DNA of 64,000 nucleotides from Callorhinchus milii (GCF_018977255.1 NW_024704743.1:15502001-15566000); one strand, 5' to 3'; shown: positions 1 to 13,020, numbered from the stretch's first letter. The notes: a model not told the origin generated them from the letters alone. Made by a program: numbers and translations.

Positions 1-299
1 CCTTCTCCTGATGCCAAGTGACTACCATAGTCAGTCTGCCATGCATATTATTGCTGGACAAATCTGACCCTGAAAACTTACCCCGCTCCCAATTTACTGG
101 GATAAAGGAGATTCCTAACCTCGGAAACTCTCTCCCTCTACACTCTGTGTTGGCCCTTTCCCTTTCTGACTTTAAGCCTGCTATGAAACCTTCCTCTTTG
201 AAAGCACCTATAACCACCTCCCATTGCTTGGCGTCCGACCCTGTGTTTGTAAGGTGCGAGGGTACTATTTAAAGAAGGAAAACCTTCACTCGGGCCATT

Positions 300-1000
300 T
301 TTTCAATTTTTATTTCAATAGAAAATTATAGCTTCTTTTGGTCCACTTTTTTTGAGCCCAAACCAGATCTCCTTTTAATGAGGATACCTCACTAATGAGA
401 GCAAAATGAGCTAGTCTGTTCACTGTCCTTAATAGCAAGTTTCCACTGTACAAGTCTGCTGTCACGGAACGACAGGCAACCCATCTGCTTGAGTGCATCC
501 AAGACAGTTGAGACAATTTTTCATTTTTAGGTGGGGTTCTTGATTCTTGCTTGATTGATAAAGCTACAAATAGTGACGTGGTTGATGCACGCTTCATACG
601 AATGGTAGAAATTATTTAGATTAAAAGAAAAAAAACCTCTAAAATAAATAGCTGAAATCAGCCTTTCTAAAAAAAACACAAAGACCAAAAGGGGAAAAGA
701 GTTTGGGGAAGGCCACTTGCATTGACTCATGCTGGTGCTTGAATGACGAGACAATTTGGCAGATGTATTTGTATATTTCAGTTGGCTCATTAATCTGCTA
801 GCACATAACTTGTACAGGAAAGATGGAATTTATTTTTAAGCTTGCCTTCTGTTGAACTGAATCACCACAGCTAATATAATTGAAATCTGCACACCATCAC
901 AATGCAGGCACATATTAACCCCTTGACTGTCATGTAGTCTATGGAAACTCCTGTCATTGTGAATTGTTGATCCTGTACATTTTCAGCTCACAGTGATGCT
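300..1000. promoter_or_regulatory. Candidate GLI3 intronic enhancer / conserved non-coding element
   Basis: Repeat-free; TGATTGAT (552-559), three CTGTCA sites (459, 927, 951) and several TAAT cores. Conservation not tested. Confidence 0.4.
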
Positions 1001-1099
1001 GAAAGAAATAGCAAAGTTACTCAAACATCAGGAGAAACTTTATTTTTGTATTATTAATCATAAATAAATGAAAAAAACACACAAAAAGGCACCAGGAAC

Positions 1100-1452
1100 A
1101 CTTGCATTTTGTATATCGCCTTATTACATTATCAACGTCTCGAAGTGCTTCATTGGAATTATTGTAAAGGATAGTGACTGTATTTGTAGGTGAACGTGGC
1201 AGCCAGTTTACACACAGCAAGATCCCACCAACTGGGAGAAACTCCCTTCTATTTTTGAATAGTGCCACAGGATCTTTAACATCTTCTTGAAAAGGCAGGT
1301 GGGACCTCAATTTAATGCCTCCAATAGACGACACCTCCAAATTGCAGCGCTCTCCCAGCACTGCATTTGAGCATCAGCCTGGACGGTGAGCTCAAAACCC
1401 TGATGCGGAACTTGAACTCACAACCTTGTGACTCAGAGGTGACTCTGAGCCA
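1100..1452 (-). mobile_element. Deu-domain SINE (SacSINE1-like), diverged
   Basis: Reverse complement shows a tRNA-like head (tctgagtcacaaggttgtgagttcaag), the Deu-like core (aaagatcctgtggcactattc...gggagtttctccc) and the shared 3' tail ending aaatgcaag. Confidence 0.75.
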
Positions 1453-4400
1453 GATTGACTCTTATTTTTACAAGTTACAAAGCAGTGTTACAAATAAACC
1501 ATTTTAAAGATATTCTCTAAACTCGTGTTTTTTCCTATTTTCTTTTCTGCTTTCTTCCCTTGGTCCTAGTTTTATATTTTAACCTAGTGCTGATTTCCAA
1601 CTAGTTTACCTCTACATAACCAATTCTAAAATCTTCCTGTTTTTTAAGACCTTTTTGTTCCAGCAACCAATGTCCATTATGGAATATTGGAGAAGCCTTT
1701 TGTTTGTTTTCCCTAAAAAGAAGTATCATTTTTTATTAGATTAAATGCTTAGCATTAATAAAAAGGCAAATCTAACAATCTTTGTCACAGTTTTCCATTG
1801 CAGTCAGAAGTAAGAGCTGCCAAACTGTGAACATGCCTGGCAGGCTCCATGGAGAGATTGCGACCTGATGCGTAAACACATCAGCAATGTTCCAAGGGTC
1901 ACTGCTAAACAGTAACTTCAAACCACAATTTATTAAGACATTTAAGAAAATATGTTTTTTCTAAAAAAATGTTAGCTACAGTTGATGCTAGTTTTTGCAA
2001 TCCAGATTGCTTTTTTTGTTAAGTATAATTTTATGTCTATCTTTATAAATAAAGTAAATCAAACTATGGCTGTAAATAAAGCTTTTTTGGCTTCTGGAGC
2101 ATGTAACTAAGTGGAAAGATTAAACTGCTGTGAAGCTGATGTTTGCTGGCGGATCAGTACTGTGGTGACATTGATTTTTTTTACCCCTAGTCTGCATTAC
2201 AGTATACGTAGGGCTTTTGATTTTCGTCTTTCACTGATAAAACACCGATAAAACTGATTAAGCGCTCCGAGACGCTACACTGCGTGAAGAGCGTTATATA
2301 AATTCAAGATGTTGCTGCAAAACATCCTTGATACAAAAAAAGAAATCGTTGTTTATTCAATAAGCACCAGAAATAATTACTTAAGGTTACTGAAGAGTGA
2401 GATTTTCTCTCTCTCTCACTCTTGGCAGAACCCCTGTCCTGTATGCCAACTGATCGTGCATTACTCTCGCTCTCCCTCTCCTCCGTGGACACAGGCCCGT
2501 ATGATGAAGCTTTTGTATGTGAGAGGAGGGAGGCACTGCACATGTGTGAAGGCACCTCTCTCCCCTCCACAGGGGCTCTGGAGAAAACATTTCATTAAAT
2601 AAACAAAAAGCAAAATCCTTGAAACCCATCTACATATGGACATCTACCTAAACTTGAAAATAAACCCCCCAAATTAAATTAATAAACACAGAAAAACAGA
2701 AGCCTGAAGTATATGTAGAACTTTTATCCTGCCCTTACTGCAAAGCTGCTCCTGTAGTTTTTATGTTTCATCTCAAATGCAGCAACTTAAATTTTCCACC
2801 TCATTTAATACATATTTGTTTTATTATAAGTGTAACAGAATATTTCCAGTGTTGCAAACGTACTAACACTAACACTTGAGTAGAAAATTATTTTACTTCT
2901 TTCAGGTAACAGACCTAGATTACCTTGGCTATAAAGTCCAACGTTATTTGATTTAATTTATTTAATCAGAAGCTGATCTTGTCGCACGATCACAAGGCTT
3001 CCTATTGCAGATCTTAAAAGACAAGTGGATTATGTCTTGGATTGTCTCAATAGGTATATTCATGAAAACCTTGATATGATGCTTTGATTTTGTGGGTTAG
3101 TGAATGCACAAAGCTGCCAGTATCAACATTACCCCAGGTTTTTTGGTCTTGGGGTTTTCAAAGTTCTGCATTACTTCATGTTTTCAGGAATTGCTAATCA
3201 ATATTGGATGTGTTTTACATATTAAAAAATAACTTCCATTGTTCATGCAGCAATTTAAATAAAGGTAGATGTAGACAAAATACTCTGGAAAAAAAGTACT
3301 GTATACCACAGGCAAGGTCCTGGAAAAAGTTTTTCCCTGAATGAAATGGTCATTTCAGGAGAGATTAAAACGAATAGTGTGCATTGATCTAAAATGATTG
3401 ATGGACATTGCATCGGCTGCTTTTTGAGTATTCAACAAGCAATAAATTCCAGGGAAACAGAAAGCAGTTCAGATGTACACCTCAAAGTGAATCAATTTCT
3501 GTGGATGCAAGTGTCACAAATGAGTCAACCCAGCAAACAGTGCTGTGGACAATATGCAGTTCTCCTCAGTCACAAAAAGATGCGTAAGGCTGCTCACTTT
3601 TCAAAATATATGTTAACTGGGGGTGTAATCACTATGAGTTCTCAAAGCTTTATGTGGCTGGGGTTCAAAATATAAAATCCATCTTCAAAGCCTGTCTTTA
3701 TCCTTTTGATATCCAGCCGTTACTTCCTCATGCCCCACTACCTCCAGAGTCCTTCTGTGTTTCACGCATTAATGTCGGAATTTATCACCCCCAAATAGCT
3801 GTCGTATGTACAATTAGAAATTGTTTCTCTGGTTTCTGCATTTTAAATCATTTGGTCATTTATTGACCACTTTCTCACTTACCAAATTATTCTGGAAAAT
3901 TGTTCACTTACCCTTCTTATTGAAAACCACTGCATTATTTCTGTTTGTTGACCCTGAAATAGTCTCTCATCTCCAAGCATTTATATTTCAAGGACATCTC
4001 AATTTCAAAGGTTCCATCCAAAAAAACTCCCAGTTATTCCGGCAGACCGGAAAGCATGCAAAAGGTTTACTGAGTTTCTGTGACAAAAAAGTTCTTAAAA
4101 AAACATGAAGGCTGCTTTCTCAGCATTGCAATTGTAAGGACATGGTGTGAAAACAGCCCAGGTGTTTTATGTGCAAATTAGAGCTGCTAGGTCTCATTTG
4201 AAAGTAATTCTGTATTTTAATTTATTGTTGGTTAATGTTCAGCTGGTTTTGATTGTGTAAGATTTACTGTAAAATGTAATTTTGACAGTAAGCCTGCAAT
4301 TGTAATGGAATAGAGTGCAGTGACATCTATTGACCAACTCAAAATGAATTTCAGAAAACCTTAGAAGTAGCTTCTGTGTCGAATATTTACCAAGTAATTG

Positions 4401-4804
4401 AATATTTAACTTGTTGATAGCAGTGCAAACATTTCACTGGAATCTCTGTATTGCTATCGTATTGTCCGATTCAATAATCTTAAAATATGAAGCTAGTTCA
4501 ATCTTCATTTAGAGCAGATCCGCAGATGCCTTTGCAGTGTCCAAGAGTCAACAGGATAAAATTTGTCAAAACGTGGTCCTCTGCTGAAATGATTGTAACA
4601 GCTGGCGTTTTAAATTATGCCTCTTTGACCAATGTTGGGTGTTGAAAGTCTAGTCGAGCCTATCGGCGTGACTATACAACATAAATTGTGTTTCCCTTTT
4701 TAAATTAGTGACAAATGGAAATTTTTCCCACAATCTTTTTTTTACTCAAATAGAAAAATCTGCAAAATAAATGTGTTCTGTACCAACTGAGCCAGGCTGA
4801 CACC

Positions 4805-5203
4805 AAGCCAGCACTCTTGCCTTTGAGTCAAAGGTTTTGGGTTCAAGTTCCACTTTGGGGTTTTGATTGCAGTTTTGGCTGACACTCCATTGAGTGTTCA
4901 ATGACACTCCAATTTTTGGATGAAATATAAACTGAGGTACGGTTTGCCTGTTCAGGTGGACATTAATGATCCCATGGCACTACTCTAAAAGAGAAGCGGG
5001 TTTCTTCTGGAATCCTGGCCAACAGGCCCAGATAAAATTAGTCATTCACTCCATCGGTGTTGGTGGGACATTTCTGTAGCACATTAGCTGGATCATTTGC
5101 CTAAAAAAAAGTCACTACACTTCACACCATATCCTGTGAAGCGCTTTGAGGTGTCCCTTGATGTGAAAGGCACTATATCAAATGCAAAGGTTAATTATTA
5201 TTA
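4805..5203 (+). mobile_element. Deu-domain SINE (SacSINE1-like), diverged
   Basis: gcactcttgcctttgagtcaaaggttttgggttcaag head; caggtggacattaatgatcccatggcacta core; tgtgaagcgctttgag...aaatgca..ttattatta tail. Confidence 0.8.
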
Positions 5204-5536
5204 CTACGGGTTATTTTAACCATAGAGAGGTAATTTCACGGTTATCAGTGATACTCTAGTTAACCTTCACCTTTCATGTGGAACCAAAGCTGAAACTCCA
5301 GAATTATTCACTTTTAAGTGACGTTAATTCCATGCTACTGAAACTATCTACAGGAAGTGGTTTCAGAACTGAATCGTAAGAGTGCAGAGATTTGCTTTCT
5401 TTAAACTCAACCCTGGTGAAAATGATTCAGAGTAGACAATATAACATGGTTTCCCACTCAAACACATTATTGAGTTGGAAGTGATAACAACACCAACATC
5501 AGCAACAAATTGCATTGGTATAGTGCCTTTCACGTT

Positions 5537-5865
5537 GTGGAGTACTGTAGCTCAGTGGTTAGAGCACTCGCTTTGCAAGTGAGAGACATGAGTTCAATTC
5601 CAGGCAGGTCAGGGCGAAACCTTGGGCAAGTTTCCTTACTCCACACAGAGCCTAATAATAATCCCTCCAAAACCAAAAACAATAATAAATTGGTCATTTT
5701 CAATCTACGACTGTTTGTGGGACATTGCTGTGCGCAATTGGCTGCCGCGTTCGCCCACAAATATACAGTCAATTTACTTTACAGTATATTCTGTGAAGCG
5801 CTTTGGGACGTCTAGAAGACGTGAAAAGCGGTATATCAAAAATGCAAGGATTATTATTATTATTA
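5537..5865 (+). mobile_element. tRNA(Ala-like)-headed SINE, short subfamily, full length
   Basis: gtggagtactgtagctcagtggttagagc (A box) ... gagttcaattcc (B box) ... gcaaggattattattattatt tail. It is inserted into an antisense L2 tail remnant (about 5500-5536 and 5866-5880). Confidence 0.92.
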
Positions 5866-6180
5866 AGGCGCTGAACAGTCGAGAATTTGCACCTGAGCTG
5901 GGATATTGCATTGCTTCCATGGTACAACTAGGGTTTTAGGTGCTGGCAGTTATAGGGTAAATCTCTTTGCACTGTTTTAATGCATGATGTATTTTTTTAC
6001 ACCATGCATTTCACTATTTCACAAACTGGTAAGTTTCTTTCGCTTGCTGAAAAAANCTAAATGTAGCTGAAGCTGCTATATTTGCATCAGCCCCTGTTGT
6101 GCTTCTCTTTGGCTAACTATCCTTTGCTTCCAAAGTGTGCAACCGGCCTTTTTGAGGGAATTTTTTTTCTTTCCAGCAGA

Positions 6181-6246
6181 GAGTGGAGCTCTGTTGGAGC
6201 TGTGAGTGGTCTCTGTTGGAGCTGTGAGTGGTCTCTGTTGGAGCTG
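6181..6246. repeat. 22-bp minisatellite, about 3 copies (ctctgttggagctgtgagtggt)
   Basis: Direct tandem repeat visible in the sequence. Confidence 0.9.
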
Positions 6247-6994
6247 CCTTTGGTAAATCTGCCATAAGCTTGCTTGGGAATTGTTCAGTTGGTAGTTGTG
6301 CCCTGAAGCAAGCTGGGGGATAGTCATTTTCTAAATGAAGGAATGTATAAATAGGAGCATTGTTGTCTGTTTCCTGACTTTGGTTGGTTTTTTAGCAGTC
6401 AAGATGAAAGAAGGGGGTTAGATGGGTGCTGTCAGCATCAGAGTGGACTTACACAACCTCTAAAACAGACGTGCTCTTCCTCACAAAACACGTGTTATCC
6501 TGTGGACAGTATTTGCTATTGCATACATCGAAAGTTCTGGCAGAGGTCCTCAGGTGGAGAAATCCATGCACTAGGCACAAAAAACGGCCTCATCTGGGGA
6601 TTCTATACCAGATGGCTGGATAGCGGTCCAACAGGCATCTCATAATTTACATCTTCTGTATTGAAAAAATGACATCTGTGATCTTCCACAGGTCAAGCAG
6701 TGAAACCTGTGCAGCAGATCACATATTTCAAATGAATTTTGTATTGTGGGAGCTGGGCAGGGGGTAACATGCTTATTGAAGTACCTTCAGGACTGACTTT
6801 CACCCGAACTAATTGGTCTTAATATTTTAAGTAATGTGGCAGCAAAATGCGACTACATTAGATGTGTTAAGATGTGCTTCGTTTTTTTAGGTTAACAAAA
6901 TTAGCAAGCGTTTGAATGAAGGCAAATTAGGCATTTCTATGGTTTCAAGTCCTGCAGCTTCAAAGAGAATTTATTTATTGTATCTATTCTATGT

Positions 6995-7470
6995 GTCCTA
7001 GTGGGGAGGGAAAGGGGGGGTGGCTGATGGCATGGTCGAAGAGGAGGGTCTTGAGGCGGGACTTGAAGGAAGCTAAGAAGGAGGTGAGGCGGAGTGACTG
7101 GGGGATGGAATTCCAGAGGTTGGGGGCAGAATGGCTGAAGGCTCTCTTGCCAATGGTGGGATGGGTGGTTCGGGGGACGTGCAGCAGGCCAGAGCCGGCT
7201 GAGCGGAGGGAATGGGCAGGTTGGTAGGGGGTTAGGAGATTGCAGAGGTAGGGTGGGGCGAGGCCATGGAGGGCTTCGTATGTGAGGACCAGGACCTTGA
7301 ACTGGATCCTCTGAAGGACAGGGAGCCAATGGAGTCGGGCGAGAGTGGGGGAGATGGGGTCGCGGACTTTGGTGCGGGAGAGGACACGGGCTGCAGAGTT
7401 CTGGATTATCTGTAATCTGTGGAGGGAGGAGTTGGGAAGGCCGACAAGCAGGGCGTTTGCATAGTCGAGC
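6995..7470 (-). mobile_element. L2-clade LINE 3' fragment
   Basis: ORF 6984-7472(-) reads LDYANALLVGLP...LQIIQNSAAR...LHWLPV..RIQFK...RAFS..AP.LWNS, a typical L2 ORF2 C-terminus. Confidence 0.92.
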
Positions 7471-7756
7471 ATTTGGCAATACCAAATGAGGATTCATTGG
7501 CTTTCTGGCAAACTACATGAAGAGACATAGGACTGCCCCAGAGTACAATAGCCTCTGATGGACTGAGACATTTAAAAGGGAGATTGCTATTTGGGAAGCA
7601 GGGTTTTTAAGTATTCACGTACAAAATACACAGTCACTGCACTTCACAGTAAACCTTGTGAAGTGCTTTGAGACATCCTCTTGACCTGAAGGGTGCTAGA
7701 CCAAATGCACAGATTATTATCTACCTTCTTATATCTATCTTCTGATATCTTATTTA

Positions 7757-7788
7757 TATGTGTGTGTATATATATATATATATATATA
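7757..7788. repeat. (TG)n(TA)n microsatellite
   Basis: Direct reading. Confidence 0.9.
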
Positions 7789-8154
7789 CAGAGCACGCAT
7801 GTAGCCAAGTGGCGGGAACAAAATAAAGAACACAGACGAAGCTAAGTTGTGGCAACAACAACAAAATTAAATTTTTTAAGTGCCAAGTCCTCGCACTGAG
7901 TCCTCCCAAAAGATAAAGATGAGATAGATAGATAAAAATAAATAAAGATGAAATGTCTGTCTGTGTTTGTGTGTGTTTGTCAATCTACGTTCCATATTGG
8001 ATCCTTGGTTGCAAACGTAGCAGCAACGGGTACAACCAGTTATTAATAAGTGACATGGGAATTGAAATGTTAAGAGTTTCATGATCTAATCAAATAACAG
8101 AGGTGGTTAGATATGGAGAACAGCTTACTCCAGTTCCTGTCTCCTAATTTTGTT

Positions 8155-8340
8155 AAATAAATAATAATTATTTGGTCACTCAATCCAACACTGTTTGTGG
8201 AACACCACCGTGAGTAATTGGCTGCCGCGATTTGCCCACAAAATATAATTAATTCACTTTACAGTATATTCTGGGAAGTGCTTTGAGATATCTCGAAGAC
8301 GTGATAAGAAGCTATATCAAATGCAAGTATTATTGCTATT
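8155..8340 (+). mobile_element. 5'-truncated SINE (3' half)
   Basis: ttggtcactcaatcc...ctgtttgtgg...aattggctgcc...aaatgcaagtattatt matches the 3' half of the full copies. Confidence 0.8.
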
Positions 8341-9513
8341 CTTTTGGTACTTTTTAAGTGCTCGATTCACACACTGTGCATAGTCGTTTTAAGTAACCTA
8401 ACTACCCTCAGAACTTCACTTAAACAATCTGCTTCTGCCTTTATTTGTGGATGCAGCTCTATTGTGGTTACCTATGCAGTTCTTCAAAGGACTTTCAAGC
8501 ACTTTATTACCTTATTGTTCTATAATTGTAATAGACATTAATGTATCCCTATTACCTAAGAGACATCTTACCATTTCTAATTTAGTCCAAGATGAGTAGT
8601 CTGCATGTATGTTGAGTATTGATTTCAGGATTTGCACTGGTTCCAACAAAGCTTTTCCCAAGTTGGTCAGGCAAAATTGATATCTCTGCTGCTTAGGGCT
8701 GCAGCTCTCAGCAGAACTCTGTATCTACAACCGTACTTTTCAAAGCTGAAGTAGAAAGGAATGAGAAAAGGACCTTAATCAGTTAATAAAGCATTTAGTA
8801 TACATGGCAGATCCACCATGTTGAACCCTCCAGTGGTTTCAAACTAAACTTTCATCTTTGCAGAAGGAAAAGGAGGAAATGGCAGTGAGATCCTCTTGTG
8901 TGATAGGAACGTTTATACTTAAAAGCGGATTACTTTCTTCCTCAATGCATTAGGGCACCGGAAGAAGGTTAAAGTCGAGGGGAAGCTTGATGCAGGGCAT
9001 CTGTCTCAACACAAGTACATTTAGTGCTGATTGTGGAATGGAAACTCAGCACCTTTACATATTTGGAGTTTTCCTGGGAATGAGGTGTTAATTATGAGAG
9101 TGGAGCCATGTTGGTGAGCAATCAAACCATTGTTTCCAAAGTCAATGAGCAAAATCTTGTCATTTTTGAACTCCTCACAGGAATTGAATGGTGAATAAGC
9201 TGCATACCTACATCACGGGATAATTGCAACAGATGGTACTATTTCTATGATGGTCTGTTACCAAGAGCCACTACACTGAACCCCTAACTAGCTGCAGATG
9301 TTGCATTTCTGACCCATATGTCTTTGCTCATAGTATCATATGCTGTCTCTCAAACAATGGCCTGAAATACTCCAGGAATGTTATTACAGGGTTTCAATCT
9401 CAAACCCAAGTGGATTCATTGCTGGAAAAAATTACTGCCAAAAAGGAAGACAAGAAGTGGAAGTTATGCTGGGAGTTCAAAAGTCCTATCACTGCTAATC
9501 AAAGGCAAGCTGA

Positions 9514-9922
9514 CAGCCTGGCTCAGTTGGTAGCACTCTTTCCTCTTGAGTTAGAAGGTTGTGGGTTTAAGTCCCATGTAGGGACTTTGCAATTACACAG
9601 GCTAGGCTGAAACTCTAACACGGGGCTGCACTGCATTGTTGGAAGTCCTGTCCTTTTGATAAGACATTAAACTTGGGTCCCATCTGCATGCTCAGGAGGA
9701 TGTTAAAGATCCCATAGCCGTATTCAAAAAGAGAAGGGAGTTTCTCTTGGTGCTGGTCAGCAAACCCCAAATTAAAAGTTGGTTACTTCATGGCTGTTTG
9801 TGGGACATTACTGTGCACAAATTAGCTGCCACGTTGCCTACCAAGTTCAGTCACTGCACTTTATACCTTTGAAGTGCTTTGAGGCATCCTCTTGACATGA
9901 AAGGCGAGGATTATTTTTATTA
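9514..9922 (+). mobile_element. Deu-domain SINE (SacSINE1-like)
   Basis: cagcctggctcagttggtagcactctt head; gttaaagatcccatag core; shared 3' tail. Confidence 0.82.
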
Positions 9923-11059
9923 TAATGTTCTAATCTCAGAAGTGGTGGTAGACTATAAAGGACCATTGAATTAACATCCTTCTGGCTCTTAATATGTGTG
10001 GTCATATCCAGCCCACAAAGAACATTTGGTCCAAATTGATATTGCCCAGTGTGCATCAGGAAAATTCGGAGGTCCTCCTGAATAACTTTGATAGCTGACC
10101 ATCTTGGCTTGAATCAGTGAAGAAAAAAATATCCCTTCCTACAAGCTAGCTTGACTGATGTGGAGTCCTTGGATTAAACATAGGAACAGAGGAGCATACA
10201 AGGTGCTGAATGCTATAGCCTTGAAATAACATGAACCAGATGAGAATAGTGAATTGCTCTATTTACCCAGTAAATTACCAGCACCTCTCTGTTAGTTTTG
10301 TAAAGTGGAAAAACACTCTTCTTTGTGGTTTTAGTTAGGAGGCTAAGTGATTTACCAGCTCTAAAGATGGTTACTGAGTTTAATTTGACTCAGGAGATCA
10401 ATATTCCATTTTTTATTTCTTGCCGCTCATGGAGCAGAGCTTCCACTTTAATGTTGTAGACAGAACATTTTACTCGGACAGGAAAAAGTCTGTTAGAGAG
10501 TTCAGTGGGTAAGTTCATTGATAGGTTGCAGGAAACAGTTCTCCCCTGTGATCAGTTGTGGGAATGTCTGGGCATCAGGAGTAAGAAAGGCACAAATTGG
10601 CTCCGATTGTGAGGCAATCCAGGGAACTTTGATCGCCCTCCGAAGTGGTTGCCATCTCAACCTCTTGGACTGGGAATGATGTGCAGCATGGACAAAAACC
10701 TAAGGATTTGGGAGAATCTAAAGTTAGGGTGGGTGAATGGGAAATTTAACCCTCCAAAATTGAATTGCTATTTGTTTTCTATGGAATCACACTAGTTTTC
10801 AAATTAGAATAAGGGTTCCATCTCCCATTGATAGAATGAAGCGTGTTTTAGCAGTTCTTATTTGTACTGTGTTGGAATATCCTATTTAGGTGATTGGTGC
10901 AGATATGACTGGTACAATTCATTTCACACTGATCCAAGTTAATAAGAAAAATTCCAATGGGAGCTATCAGAGCTGTCAGCAGTGGTTGTGTAGAAACAAA
11001 ACCAGAGAGAGCTGGGAAAACTCAGCAGGTCAGGCAGCATCTATGGAAAAAGGAAAGTG

Positions 11060-11096
11060 AGTCAACATTTCGGGTCCAGGACCCTTCGTTAGAACT
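11060..11096 (-). ncRNA. Degenerate minimal type I hammerhead ribozyme in the Penelope terminal region
   Basis: Minus strand: AGTT-CTAACGA-A-GGGTC-CTG-GACCC-GAAA-TG-TT-GACT. This gives stem I, a CUGANGA box with a G>A change, a 5-bp stem II, GAAA, a vestigial stem III, UH and the stem I partner strand. Confidence 0.7.
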
Positions 11097-11356
11097 GGGG
11101 CATGTTGGGAGGGAGAGGCTTTTAGGGACAAGTTGAGAGGGGGAGGTAGGACAAGGAAGACAAAGGAAATAAAAAAGAAGACAAGGGAGAGAATGTGTTA
11201 GTTGATGGGTTAAATAGGTGATAATTGTGTAAAACAAAAGTGGGTTCAAACAAAACTGGGGAGAAGAGGTGTTAATAGTGCAGAAAAGGCAACACACAAC
11301 AGAGAGAGCAAAGAGTGTCTGGGGTGCTGATTGTAATGATAGCAGAAGATAACTCT

Positions 11357-11669
11357 TAATAATAATAATAATCCTTGCATTTGATATAGCGCTTTTCACA
11401 TCGGGAGGACGTCCCAAAGTGCTTCACAGAACACACTGTAAAGTGAATTGACTGTATTTTTGTGGGCGAACGCGGCAGCCAATTGCGCACAGCAATGTCC
11501 CACAAACAGTCGTAGATTGAAAATGACCAATTTATTATTTTTTTTGGAGGGATTATTATTAGGCGTGTGGAGTAAGGAAACTTGCCCAAGGTTTCGCCCT
11601 GCCTGGAATTGAACTCAGGTCTCTCGCTTGCAAAGCGAGTGCTCTAACCACTGAGCTACAGGACTTCAC
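11357..11669 (-). mobile_element. tRNA-headed SINE, short subfamily, full length, inserted in the Penelope element
   Basis: Reverse complement is nearly identical to the 36258 and 37908 copies; (ATT)n tail; short tctt duplication at the flanks. Confidence 0.93.
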
Positions 11670-11977
11670 TCTTCTGGTAGCAGAAAGGGAGGGAGAAAAA
11701 GGTGAGCTGTTATCGTCTGAAGTGGCTGAAATCGATATTGAGGCCAGAGGGCTGTAGGGTCCCTAGCAGATAGATAAGATGCCGTTCCTCAAGCTTTCAC
11801 TGTGGATCATTGGAACAGATTGGGAGACCATGGATGGAGAGGTCGGACTGTGAATGGGAGTGTGAGTTAAAATGGCAGGAGACTGGAAGATCAGGGTTGA
11901 TCTTGCGTACAGAATGGAGGTGTTCTGCAAATCGGTCACCCAATCTGCACTTAGTCTCCCCAATATAGAGGAGACCA

Positions 11978-12253
11978 ACAACAACTTGGATTTATATAGT
12001 GCTCTCCACGTCGGATGGGGTCTCAGAACGCTTCACAGTAACGGATCCCGGGACTGAGCCAGGGGGATGGGGAGGAAGGTGACCAAAGGTGCAGTCGAAA
12101 AGAAAGGTCTTCAGCCGAGACCTGAAAATAGGAAGAGAGGGAGTGAGGAAGGGAGTTCCAGAGCCTCGGGGCATAGTGGCTGAAGTCATGGCTGCCGAGG
12201 GTGGAGCGGAGGACTTGGGGGACAACGAGGAGGCCAGACCCGGTGGAACGAAG
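11978..12253 (-). mobile_element. L2 3' fragment inserted in the Penelope GIY-YIG motif
   Basis: Encodes HDFSHYAPRLWNSLP and ends in (TTG)n; flanked by a 5-bp duplication gacca (11973-11977 and 12254-12258). Confidence 0.88.
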
Positions 12254-12662
12254 GACCACACCGTGAGCAGCGAATGCAGTATATACTACATTGGTGGTAG
12301 TACATGTAAACCACTGTTTTACATGGAAGCTGTGTTTGGGGCCTTGGATAGTGGTCTGGGAGGAGGTGACAGGGCAGGTATTACATCTCTTGGGCTGGCA
12401 TGGGAAGGTGCCAGGGGAAGGAGAGCAGCTGGTAGTGCTGACGGCAGAATGAACTAAGGAATCCCAGAGGGAACGATCCCTTTGAAATGCGGAGAGGGGA
12501 GGGAAATATGTGTTTGGTGGATAATTCATACTGGAGGTGCTGGAAATGTTGGAGAATGATGTGCTGAATATTGAGGCTGGTGGGGTGGTAGATGAGAACT
12601 AAGGGGATCCTATCACGGTTCCGGGATGGGGGGGGGAAGGGGTGAGGGCAGAGGTGGGGGAA

Positions 12663-12718
12663 ATAATAATAATAATAATCCTTGCATTTGATATAGCGCT
12701 TTTCACGTCTTCTAGACG
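12663..12718 (-). mobile_element. SINE 3' tail only (about 55 nt)
   Basis: Reverse complement: cgtctagaagacgtgaaaagcgctatatcaaatgcaaggattattattattattatt. Confidence 0.88.
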
Positions 12719-13020
12719 AACTTGGACCGATTGCTAGTTATGGTGAAGACTGCAGGGAGAATTCCACTGACACAGAAGATGTAGCATCTGTATGGACATT
12801 ACCCAGCTGACGGAAAATAAAGAAATCGAGCCTCATTCCTTGGCATGTCTGAAAAGCAGTGCCTCAAGAGGCTATGTTTTCAGATAAGCAGTGACTGAAT
12901 GCTACCACTGTAGACAGGAAGCCCTGCAGGCATGTTGCAGCTTGCCACCATCTCTACCTGTGCTGGTCACAACAGCCATTTCTATGCATTTGGCAGCTTT
13001 CATACTCCTTCAGAAGATAT

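Noticed and set aside
6056..6056. Single N bases (6056 and 40138)
   Set aside because: Assembly ambiguities, not biological features.
6181..6246. Short direct repeats as a CRISPR-like array
   Set aside because: Head-to-tail tandem units without spacers, in a vertebrate intron.
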